Shown here piece after piece: positions 1 through 12,042 of a stretch of DNA of 64,000 nt. The stretch comes from Ylistrum balloti. Lineage: Eukaryota. Made by a program: the position numbers and the translations under genes. How positions within the stretch are numbered: position 1 is the stretch's first letter; each line of letters opens with the position of its first letter. The notes below the pieces were generated by a model. The model made no database searches and was not told where the DNA came from. It saw only the letters and a program-made list of their open reading frames with translations. The stretch lies in NCBI RefSeq assembly GCF_031769215.1, contig NW_026782145.1, positions 930,001 to 994,000 on the forward strand, in the 5' to 3' direction.

Positions 1-529
1 GTTTGGCTTCCTCACTGATCAGTCTTGTACACATCCAATAACTTTAAGAAAGATTTCCATAATAAAAAAGTTTATCGGAAGTCCTTTATTTTGATACACT
101 GCATGACTTATCACTACCTAGTGTAAACTCCAGGTGCATTGTACAGAAGTTGTTATCTTTAGAAGGCCAGCTTAAGACGTTTAGTCACCAATCATCACTG
201 GAACTAGTTTGAGTTTACATCAGCAACATTTTCACTTGTTCTATACTGACAATTTTTATGCTGCACAATCTAACTTATCCAATGTCTAATTGCAGATGTT
301 CATATTCATTACCTATTCTTATTTTTGACAGTTCGTATCTTCCTAACCTATGTGAAACATAACAGGCTACATCCCTAAATTGCTTTTTGATTTAAATTTG
401 GAAGACCAGCAAAAGTACATGAGTTCAGCTATAAATAATTCCCAGAGATGAAAAAAGAAGAAATTAATAACAGGTTGAAACACACACACTGCTGTACCCT
501 GCTTACTGATGTATCTGCAGACTAACCGA

Positions 530-1385
530 TGCATACTGCACACTAACAGATGTATGTTGCACACCAACACATGTATATTGCACACTAACTGATGTATGTT
601 GCACACTAACTGATGTATGTTGTACACTGACTGATGTATATTGCACACTAACTGATGTATGGTGCACATTGACTAATGTATGTTGCACACTGACTGATGT
701 ATGGTGCACACTGACTGATGTATGTTGCACACTGACTGATGTATGTTGCACACTATCTGATGTATGGTGCACAATAACTGATGTATGCTGCATACTAACA
801 GATGTATGTTGCACACTAACCAATGTATATTGCACAACAACAGATGTATAGTGCACACTAACTGATGTATGGTGCACACTGACTGATGTATGCTGCATAC
901 TAACAGATGTATGTTGCACACTAACTGATGTATGGTGCACACTGACTGATGTATGTTGCACACTGACTGATGTATGTTGTACACTATCTGATGTATGGTG
1001 CACAATGACTGATGTATGCTGCATACTAACAGATGTATGTTGCACACTAACCAATGTATATTGCACAACAACAGATGTATAGTGCACACTAACTGATGTA
1101 TGGTGCACACTGACTGATGTATGCTGCATACTAACAGATGTATGTTGCACACTAACTGATGTATGTTGCACACTGATGTATGCTGCATACTAACAGATGT
1201 TTGTTGCACACTAACCAATGTATGTTGCACACTTACAGATGCATGTTGCACACCAACAGATGTATGTTGCACACTAACCAATGTATGTTGCACACTAACT
1301 GTTGTATGGTGCACACTAACTGATGTATGGTGCACACTGACTGATGTATGGTGCACACTAACTAATGTATGGTGCACACTTACTG
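530..1385. repeat. Minisatellite, about 21-bp unit (cacactaactgatgtatgttg)
   Basis: Direct inspection; explains the QHTSVSV/CNIHQLV 7-aa repeat ORFs. Confidence 0.95.
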
Positions 1386-2702
1386 TGATGAGCTGTACAT
1401 CAAGTATAATTAACATATAAATTGTTCTATCACCCAGGTATATTTAAAATCTGTGTGATACAGAATATCTTCTACTTTCCTTCAATTTATTATCAACAGT
1501 AACATTGATAACACTGAATGATATAAACAAGTATGAAGTTATATTTAGGGATTATCTTTCTAATCATTTTAAAATACTGCAACATTTTACATATTGGTGG
1601 GTTTTATTTTTTTTGACAGTAACAAGGAGATAACTGAAGTAACCTATTCCCCATAAATCAAGTCTAAATTCTGACACAGATTTGGTTTTTCCTGGAAGAT
1701 TAATCATGAATAGTATAATGGTGTGTCTTGCTGTTTCCTGTCTGTAGGGAAAACCTACACTTATGTGCACCGAGTGCAAGTTTATATCTTGCCATTAAGT
1801 TTGTGGTGTATAAAGATGCTGTTGATAGGGTTGTGTGTTACTGGCAAAGCCACACCAGCATCTGTCAGCATCACTGCTTCCTCCAGGAATGTACAACCTC
1901 ATGTAATTTATCCTACCTTGTTTTAATCAGTATCAAAAATAACTCTCTTTAAAGATAAAAATGTTGTGTTAGAATTGAAAATTCCAGGTTCTTCCCCGTT
2001 ACTCTCTATCTGTAGGTTAATTTTGGAAGATTTCTGCTATCTACAAAATACTTCCATTTCTTTCCATTTTTATTTCCTGTGCAGTAGAACAACATTCTTA
2101 CCAATTAAACAATGACTTAAATCATGGAAACTATCAGGCACGTTTATCACTAAAATGTTTCATGATTAGATTTTTCATCGTGCCATTCTAAAAGAGTTCA
2201 ATGTTGTAGGAACAGGTTTTATACAATCTGTTCCCACAAGCCATATCCAGTTATAAGAAATGAAAAAAAGAAAATCATTTTTTATAATGAACAAACATGC
2301 TATCTTCTATAAACCTGTCATGTTTGTATGACAACTACTTGAACTCTGAGATAATACCGATGATCTATTTAGTCTACAGATAATGACAACATATTCAGTT
2401 CTGAGTTACTTCCCTTCAATAGCACCATATAAATATACAGGATACAAGAAAGTTTCTTTTTTGTTGTATATAGGTAACTGTAAAACATTAGCTCAGAGGA
2501 ACTATTATCACAAAAAATACAACAAAGCATGCAATATAAAATAGGGACATTTCATTGGTACAATACATAATAACAACAAATATGTTACACTAAGACTTTC
2601 AGCTAAAATCTGAATTAGAAATTAATCAGTTTCATTATGATACTTTGGTGGAACAACCAGTGTTTGACCAGAATAAGCATCAGCAATAATAAATATGATA
2701 AA

Positions 2703-3580
2703 TCATTAACGGAGAGAAAAACTAGTTATATATTAAAAACAGTCTTTATCATTAACGGAGAGGAAAACTAGTTATATATTAAAAACAGTCTTTATCATTA
2801 ACGGAGAGGAAAACTAGTTATATATTAAAAACAGTCTTTATCATTAACGGAGAGAAAAACTACTTATATATTAAAAACAGTCTTTATCATTAACGGAGAG
2901 AAAAACTACTTATATATTAAAAACAGTCTTTATCATTAACGGAGAGAAAAACTACTTATATATTAAAAACAGTCTTTATCATTAACGGAGAGAAAAACTA
3001 GCTATATATTAAAAACAGTCTTTATAATTAACGGAGAGAAAAACTAGTTATATATTAAAAACAGTCTTTATCATTAACGGAGAGAAAAACTACTTATATA
3101 TTAAAAACAGTCTTTATCATTAACGGAGAGAAAAACTACTTATATATTAAAAACAGTCTTTATCATTAACGGAGAGAAAAACTAGTTATATATTAAAAAC
3201 AGTCTTTATCATTAACGGAGAGAAAAACTAGTTATATATTAAAAACAGTCTTTATCATTAACGGAGAGAAAAACTAGCTATATATTAAAAACAGTCTTTA
3301 TAATTAACGGAGAAAAAAACTAGTTATATATTAAAAACAGTCTTTATCATTAACGGAGAGAAAAACTACTTATATATTAAAAACAGTCTTTATCATTAAC
3401 AGAGAGAAAAACTACTTATATATTAAAAACAGTCTTTATCATTAACGGAGAGAAAAACTAGTTATATATTAAAAACAGTCTTTATCATTAACGGAGAGAA
3501 AAACTACTTATATATTAAAAACAGTCTTTATCATTAACGGAGAGAAAAACTACTTATATATTAAAAACAGTCTTTATCAT
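2703..3580. repeat. Minisatellite, 46-bp unit (tcattaacggagagaaaaactagttatatattaaaaacagtcttta), about 19 copies
   Basis: Period 46 seen at 2703 and 2749; highly homogeneous. Confidence 0.97.
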
Positions 3581-3895
3581 TATCATTAAAAACAGACTAA
3601 AAAATATAGAAATAACAGTATATGACAAATGGATAAACTTTATGATGGACTGTTAACACTGAGTCAGTCACTATGTCAGTCATATCAACATTTGCCATGA
3701 AGGTCTTGACTCACTGCCATGGGTGTCTAATTTATTAGGGAAGCATTTGGTAAAATAATTAAGTTAAAAGTTTTCTCTAAAGGAAATTCTGTATTACATC
3801 ACAGAAAGTCTTTTCTGTACAGCTAAACCATTACCATAGGTTGCTCCTGGAGTTGTACTTATAGATATGATCATACCTCACATATCAAATGGAGC

Positions 3896-6033
3896 AGTTA
3901 TTATATAAATGTGTGTATATGATAGTGTGTGATCTGACAGTGATAAAACCAGTTTGTTATTATATAAATGTGTGTGTATGATAGTGTGTGATCTGACAGT
4001 GATAAAACCAGTTTGTTATTATATAAATGTGTGTGTATGATAGTGTGTGATCTGACAGTGATAAAACCAGTTAGTTATTATATAAATGTGTGTGTATGAT
4101 GGTGTGTGATCTGACAGTGATAAAACCAGTTAGTTATTATATAAATGTGTGTGATCTGACAGTGATAAAACCAGTTTGTTATTATATAAATGTGTGTGTA
4201 TGATAGTGTGTGATCTGACAGTGATAAAACCAGTTTGTTATTATATAAATGTGTGTGTATGATAGTGTGTGATCTGACAGTGATAAAACCAGTTTGTTAT
4301 TATATAAATGTGTGTGTATGATAGTGTGTGATCTGACAGTGATAAAACCAGTTAGTTATTATATAAATGTGTGTGTATGATAGTGTGTGATCTGACAGTG
4401 ATAAAACCAGTTTGTTATTATATAAATGTGTGTGTATGATAGTGTGTGATCTGACAGTGATAAAACCAGTTTGTTATTACATAAATGTGTGTGTATGATG
4501 GTGTGTGATCTGACAGTGATAAAACCAGTTAGTTATTATATAAATGTGTGTGATCTGACAGTGATAAAACCAGTTTGTTATTATATAAATGTGTGTATAT
4601 GATAGTGTGTGATCTGACAGTGATAAAACCAGTTTGTTATTATATAAATGTTTGTGTATGATAGTGTGTGATCTGACAGTGATAAAACCAGTTTGTTATT
4701 ATATAAATGTGTGTGTATGATAGTGTGTGATCTGACAGTGATAAAACCAGTTTGTTATTATATAAATGTGTGTGTATGATAGTGTGTGATCTGACAGTGA
4801 TAAAACCAGTTATTATATAAATGTGTGTGTATGATAGTGTGTGATCTGACAGTGATAAAACCAGTTTGTTATTACATAAATGTGTGTGTATGATAGTGTG
4901 TGATCTGACAGTGATAAAACCAGTTTGTTATTATATAAATGTGTGTGATCTGACAGTGATAAAACCAGTTTGTTATTATATAAATGTGTGTGATCTGACA
5001 GTGATAAAACCAGTTTGTTATTATATAAATGTGTGTGATCTGACAGTGATAAAACCAGTTTGTTATTATATAAATGTGTGTGTATGATAGTGTGTGATCT
5101 GACAGTGATAAAACCAGTTTGTTATTATATAAATGTGTGTGTATGATAGTGTGTGATCTGACAGTGATAAAACCAGTTTGTTATTACATAAATGTGTGTG
5201 TATGATAGTGTGTGATCTGACAGTGATAAAACCAGTTTGTTATTATATAAATGTGTGTGATCTGACAGTGATAAAACCAGTTTGTTATTATATAAATGTG
5301 TGTGATCTGACAGTGATAAAACCAGTTTGTTATTATATAAATGTGTGTGTATGATAGTGTGTGATCTGACAGTGATAAAACCAGTTTGTTATTATATAAA
5401 TGTGTGTGTATGATAGTGTGTGATCTGACAGTGATAAAACCAGTTTGTTATTATATAAATGTGTGTGTATGATAGTGTGTGATCTGACAGTGATAAAACC
5501 AGTTTGTTATTACATAAATGTGTGTGTATGATAGTGTGTGATCTGACAGTGATAAAACCAGTTTGTTATTATATAAATGTGTGTGATCTGACAGTGATAA
5601 AACCAGTTTGTTATTATATAAATGTGTGTGATCTGACAGAGATAAAACCAGTTTGTTATTATATAAATGTGTGTGATCTGACAGTGATAAAACCAGTTAG
5701 TTATTATATAAATGTGTGTGATCTGACAGTGATAAAACCAGTTTGTTATTATATAAATGTGTGTGATCTGACAGTGATAAAACCAGTTTGTTATTATATA
5801 AATGTGTGTGTATGACAGTGTGTGATCTGACAGTGATAAAACCAGTTTGTTATTATATAAATGTGTGTGTGTGATGGTGTGTGATCTGACAGTGATAAAA
5901 CCAGTTTGTTATTACATAAATGTGTGTGTATCACAGTGTGTGATCTGACAGTGATAAAACCAGTTCGTTATTACATAAATGTGTGTGTATCACAGTGTGT
6001 GATCTGACAGTGATAAAACCAGTTTGTTATTAT
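3896..6033. repeat. Minisatellite with interspersed 59-bp and 45-bp units
   Basis: Core gatctgacagtgataaaaccagtttgttattatataaatgtgtgt (45 bp) with or without gtatgatagtgtgt (14 bp). Confidence 0.97.
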
Positions 6034-7122
6034 GGTATATAAATGTCTTGGTATAGCCAACATGGACAATGGCCATCAAAAGCTGTCAGTAAGCTTAGAG
6101 GAAAAAAGCCTATCAGATAAAATTGATGCCCTTGTCTAGGTATGCTAATTTAATCTCATTCTGGGGAATTTTATTATTGCTAAATGTAAATCTCCAGTGT
6201 TGTAAGAATAATATTCAGAAAATTAAGATCCTCAAACAATCTATGTGAAGTTACAGCCAATATCAATTACAGGCAAATTTTTCCTACAGAAGGCAAGAAA
6301 TATAGCTGTTTTTTATTCTTCTTACTCCACTTTAATCAAATGTAGTAGGAGTGGGATGGAAGCTGGCGTATGTTGAGATGGCGGAAGCCTGCAGTTGTGC
6401 CAGAGGTCTGCGTGTGTAGAGATCAGAGAGACAACCCTAATATGAACCATACGTACTAACCTGAACACACCTCACCTGTCTACCCAGCCCTTTGTAAACA
6501 CTCACACCTTGATAATTTCTCACCATCAACACTTCAGCCTCTTTGAGAATGTGTAAATATATATCAGATTTACATTCTGGTAGTCAGTTTCCTCCTAACC
6601 AAACTTCTGGTTTTTTTCCATATCTTACACACTAGTCCAGTATATCTTCTGTTATTACCTCTGCACTCTGGAATTCTCTCCAAATTCAAAGGATGTCCAT
6701 TTTATGAATTTATCTTATTCTCGCACCTCAGATAGGGATATCCCAAGAAGTAATTCCCCATCCTAGCTTTTTCTATCTTGCCTGATCTGTCTTGTACCCA
6801 TTTTTGTGGAATTTTTACGCATTGGTGAATTCAACAGCATGTAGACATAGGTGGCACCTATACCCATGCATTTCAACAAAAACGTTGTGTCATTGTTAAA
6901 ATTTTAATGATATTCTATTTGATTAATCATATCTAAAATGAAATAGATAATTTTCACTGTAAAATGTGTTGTATTTTTTATAAGTGCGGCTTACATTGTT
7001 TATGTGGCACTATCCAAACATTGTTTAAAAGTGAAGAGGCTGTGTGGGTAATTTGAGGCTCCCGTGGGAAAAGCCAAACTGATGAAATATTGAATAATTT
7101 CCAGAGTAGTATTTGCAAGAAA

Positions 7123-7275
7123 AAAATCCATTACCTGTAACTGAGTGAGATCAGGGTATCTCAATCTTGGGCTAAGATCCTGTAACATTCTTAACCTTGG
7201 CTAACACTCGGTTTGGATCATGTTATAGGATCTTAGCCCTCGAATGATCTCGCTCAGTTACAGGTAATAGATTTT
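7123..7275. mobile_element. Short foldback / MITE-like element
   Basis: Outer arms attacctgtaactgagtgagatca and tgatctcgctcagttacaggtaat (1 mismatch in 24), extending to aaaatcc/agatttt. Inner arms gggctaagatcctgtaaca and tgttataggatcttagccc (1 mismatch in 19). Confidence 0.65.
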
Positions 7276-8970
7276 ACTGGTATAGGCAATGAGATCCCAC
7301 AAATTAAACTCACTTCAGGTTATAGATAAGTAAGCTTTGTTCTTTCCTATATAAACTATAGTAAACTTTACCCACTCTTCGAGGGGAAATGTTGGACTCT
7401 GGAGCCATAAAATTCACGATTTTGGTAATGCACCTCAAGAAGCATATATCCATAAAGAGCAATGAATTCTACCATATCTGGCTGTTGTATCTTGTATCTG
7501 GGTGTTAAGAAGAAGTTTTTTTTTTTAATTTTAGTCAATAATGACTGCTTCGGCCTCACCCCTCAGACCCCTGGGGGTGGCGACTGTATAATTCTTTTTT
7601 TTGGTTCATCTTTGGCCAAGGAAGGTTTCTGCAAAATTTCATTTAAAACGGCTATGGGATTTTTGAGACATTGAAAATGTTCAGTTTATGAATGCACAAT
7701 GCATGACACATGACGCTTGACAAAAGACAATCGCAGATAGGTCACTATGAGACTTTGTCTTGAATGATCTAAACACTTTTATTTCTGAAATAAAATACCC
7801 TTGAGAGATGGGATTCAGGTCATGAATAAAAGATGCAGAGCTAAAATAGTATATAAATTTCTGATGAGAGGGATTTGTCAATAAAGAATGTAATTTACCA
7901 TGCTATAGTACCTTTCATGCCCAGGCCATGTCGGACTTGTGATTCATGATCTTTCATAATGAAAAATCAATGACAAGCAATGTGTCAAATTGCATTCAGT
8001 TCCTGATATCTATTCATACATTTTTATTCATGAAATCATGAAGAGTTTGTAAAAATCCACAATTGTTCATGAAACATATAACAATTTCTTGATTGTTAAT
8101 GAAATATTTTATCCATGATATTTCATGAAATTTTAAGTTCATGAATAATTTTCGAAACATTCTTGATTCAATTCATGAATGATCCTGAGTTTTAAAACAT
8201 TTCATGAAAATTCATGATTGTGCTAAACTGTATAATGATTTATGTTCATGAATGCTTATAAAATATTCCACTCATCACTAAACATTAATTTTTTAAGGTC
8301 ATAAATATTCTTAAAAAACATTGATGAATTATTATTCATGATCTTTCCTTTATGATTCCTAAATGTTTGGTAAAGTAGTGGATATAATACTAACCATCTC
8401 CTGTACAATAAAAACAGAAGTAGTATCACTTTTTATGTTTTATATCATGATAGGATAATAACAGTCTGTAATATGTAGATGCTTCAATGTCAATGGTATG
8501 GAACCAATGATTATAAACTAGGATAGCTTGTGTTTGTTCCAAGATAATGGCTCTGTGTATCTGAAGGTAGCTACTGTCAAACTCAAAGTTTGTGTGATAG
8601 TCTAGGGATTTGCCATTAAGTTCTGGGTGGTAATAAGCCGATTTGTGTATTTCAAGTCTGGAATTACCAACAAATGCTGTTTAGTTGTTAAGACCATTTT
8701 CTCAACTCTGAACCTGAATTTCTGTTAAAAAAACCAAACCTATTCTAGTCACTGTTTAAGTCATTTGTAAAAGCAGAACATGTCGTCAAGGGCAACGGAA
8801 ACAATACAATAACAAATGTTTTAATAGGAGAAGAGGTTGACATTTTACACAGAACATATGGCTAGCTTCTGTCTACATAGACCCTCTTCTGAAAACATCA
8901 CACTGAAATGTGATAAAACCAATAGCTGATGTCACTATCGGACAGTGTTTTTGTCTTGTGTTTACGTGAC

Positions 8971-9072
8971 CTGTAGATCTTCCGTCCCTGAGTGACACAG
9001 AATTTGTACGATTTCTACATCTCCTAATCGAGCCAATTTGCAACAGATACATTCATTTACAGAAGCAGAACT
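8971..9072 (-). CDS. Possible phase-0 exon with an ankyrin-like peptide
   Basis: ctaatttcatag|AGT...CTACAG|gtcacg; 102 nt open: SSASVNECICCKLARLGDVEIVQILCHSGTEDLQ. Phase-compatible with 14330, but competes with a plus-strand reading of the same segment. Confidence 0.3.
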
Positions 9073-9839
9073 CTATGAAATTAGTGATGAGAGTCAATTG
9101 TGGAGCTGCGATGACCAATTTGAGAAATGGCTTGGAAAGATAGTATGCCCTAACATCAAAGTGAAAGCCTTCAATAAGCAAGCCATTGCTTCATCTCAAC
9201 CGATTCTGGGCAAGATGGACACTATTTGTAATTCAAAGGCAATATCTGAAAATGTGATTTGAGTGGGTTGGTTGTGGGAGCTGACCACATGTTGAGGATA
9301 TCTCTAGAAGCAATATCCATGGCTAGGTTGTCAACAAGAGAGTATAAATTAAGACGGTACCGACAACTGCTGCTATTTTTAAATTTAAAAACCAGTAAAC
9401 AAACCAAGTTTTCCTTAGCCATTAAACTATAAAGACTGAGAGAAATTGTGGATGTACTTTATTGTAACAAGAAATCCTGAAGAAACTTGACTCTTAGACA
9501 TTGCGTGATCTTAAGTTATCCTATATAAATTACATCACATCCCTTCTTTACTCTCCTTTATGTTCTTAATTTCTCCTGTCATCCTTTATTGCAAAACTAT
9601 GGGTCTGGAGGGTAATCAACAATATTTTATCTGTGAACAAATAATGAAGGATTTTGGATATTAGACTTGGTGCTGAGAAAAATCTACCTATGAAATTGGA
9701 AAAAAAATACATTTCCAATATTTCTAGGAATTACAGCAATAACAAAGATCAAAATCAAAGATTGCCACCTTACCACCAATTTGATCACTTCTGACATTAA
9801 ACAATTGAAATATGAAATTTGAGAAATCTGAATCTTTCT

Positions 9840-10050
9840 TTGTCAAATTCTAATCACCATTTTTATTATCCAATAAGTCCCAAAATCAAGGATACACAAC
9901 AAGGGACCCAAGGGAAACTATGTATGGAATTTGAAAGAGACCTACCAAGTATTTCTAAAGAAATAATGATAACGAACTTTCACAGTCAAAATCCAAGATG
10001 GCAGCCTGTTACCTATTCTCATTTTCTGATCTGTTCCAAAATCTTAAGAT
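9840..10050 (+). mobile_element. Single degenerate copy of the about 155-bp core repeat also found at 54660 and 63110-64000
   Basis: Shared motifs gtcccaaaatcaa, gggacccaagggaa, gaatttgaaagaga, aaaatccaagatggcagcctgt. Confidence 0.55.
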
Positions 10051-10669
10051 GGTTGATGGTGGGCTGAAAGTTGCCATCAGATGAAGCTGGTGAGACTATG
10101 TTATGTGACTAGAAGTGTGGCTAGCACAAATGTAAACTAAAACAGAGCAAGGTGGGGAAAATGTACGTTTCGAGAGCGCATAGGTATAAATATTTGGAAA
10201 TACTGTAGATAAAGAACAGACCTTTCGATCTATGTGCAATATGCTATGAAAGTAATGATTACTTTCACATCTATTGTTTGAATGCCAACACATGCATGGG
10301 TCACTTATTTCTCTCACTTTTTATAGGGACAAAATTCTGATGTTTATTGACTCCAAGCTGATATATATATATAAGTTGATAGAACATCAGAATAATTCAA
10401 ACTATCCTGATCAAGAAGAAGCATTTTGAATAATTTGCTCAATTGCACTATTGGGCCCCACCTCTCCTACCCCAGAAAGCCGAGACCAATTCGATTCTCC
10501 TTCACCCAATAATTGTCCAAGGGTACTTACTTTCGACCAAATTTGGTCAAAATCCACACTGTCCGACAACTGCAGGTTGCCATTAGCTCACATGGCCCTT
10601 CAGGTCCTTCAGTCAGTAAATACAGATAACAAGATCTGTTTTAAATTACCTGTAATATCTCAGTTGGTA

Positions 10670-11600
10670 AATACAGTTACCTAAATCTGTAATATACCTG
10701 TATAACCTCAGTCAATAAGTACAGGTACCAAAATCTGTAACATACCTGTATAACCTCAGTCATTAATACAGGTACCAAAATCTGTAACATACCTGTATAA
10801 CCTCAGTCATTAATACAGGTACCAAAATCTGTAACATACCTGTATAACCGCAGTCATTAATACAGGTACCAAAATCTGTAATATACCTGTATAACCTCAG
10901 TCATTAATACAGGTACCAAAATCTGTAATATACCTGTATAACCTCAGTCATTAATACAGGTACCAAAATCTGTAATATACCTGTATAACCGCAGTCATTA
11001 ATACAGGTACCAAAATCTGTAACATACCTGTATAACCTCAGTCATTAATACAGGTACCAAAATCTGTAATATACCTGTATAACCTCAGTCATTAATACAG
11101 GTACCAAAATCTGTAACATACCTGTATAACCTCAGTCATTAATACAGGTACCAAAATCTGTAACATACCTGTATAACCTCAGTCATTAATACAGGTACCA
11201 AAATCTGTAACATACCTGTATAACCTCAGTCATTAATACAGGTACCAAAATCTGTAATATACCTGTATAACCTCAGTCATTAATACAGGTACCAAAATCT
11301 GTAATATACCTGTATAACCTCAGTCATTAATACAGGTACCAAAATCTGTAATATACCTGTATAACCTCAGTCATTAATACAGGTACCAAAATCTGTAATA
11401 TACCTGTATAACCTCAGTCATTAATACAGGTACCAAAATCTGTAATATACCTGTATAACCTCAGTCATTAATACAGGTACCAAAATCTGTAATATACCTG
11501 TATAACCTCAGTCAATAAATACAGGTACCAAAATCTGTAATATACCTGTATAACTGAGTCATTAATACAGGTACCAAAATCTGTAATATACCTATTTAAC
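10670..11600. repeat. Minisatellite, 47-bp unit (aatacaggtaccaaaatctgtaatatacctgtataacctcagtcatt)
   Basis: Period 47 seen at 10741 and 10788; degenerate flanks. Confidence 0.96.
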
Positions 11601-12042
11601 ATCAGTCAGTAAATTCAGCTACAAACATCTGTGATATACAGGTACTGAATCTGTGACATAACATGTAATCTCAGTCAGTAAATACAGGTAACAAATTGTA
11701 ATACATCACAAATTACACCTGTACTCTACAGGTGGTACAGTTGTTTGTACTAGAACTGAAAAATACAGATGAGAAACACAATTCTAAATATGTTCTATTC
11801 ATTAACATCTAATGAGGTCTGACTAAAAACTGAGGCTTAACTTCCAAGATGCACACCTGCATGAGGATATTAATTGCAACATGTAGCTAAAGCAGGGGCT
11901 GCCACATCATAAGATAAGATCTGTGTCAGACCTTCCTCACTATTATTAAAACAACAGGGCAGAAAAACACAACACTGTAATTATGTGCTCAATTTTGATG
12001 AAAAATGTTTCCTTACAGGAGTAATGTGTAGTGCCCTTCAAA

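Noticed and set aside
367-1420. Long ORFs with QHTSVSV / CNIHQLV repeats
   Set aside because: They are translations of the 21-bp tandem repeat, open in several frames on both strands, with no splice or homology support.
1748-1952. Plus-strand acceptor (ctgtttcctgtctgtag) followed by open frames, one starting GKTYT
   Set aside because: There is no clear donor or frame choice, and GKTYT alone is too short to call a P-loop.
8430-8680. About 80-codon stop-free frame on the minus strand (AFVGNSRLEIHKSAYYHPEL...)
   Set aside because: No convincing acceptor/donor pair in that frame; stretches of this length are expected by chance.
6346-9262. Faint resemblance of two plus-strand peptides to ATM segments (LNYLEVAK..SCA; NLW...WIKTLTC)
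   Set aside because: The similarity is from memory and low, and the two pieces are in the wrong order relative to ATM; likely coincidence unless an HMM search says otherwise.
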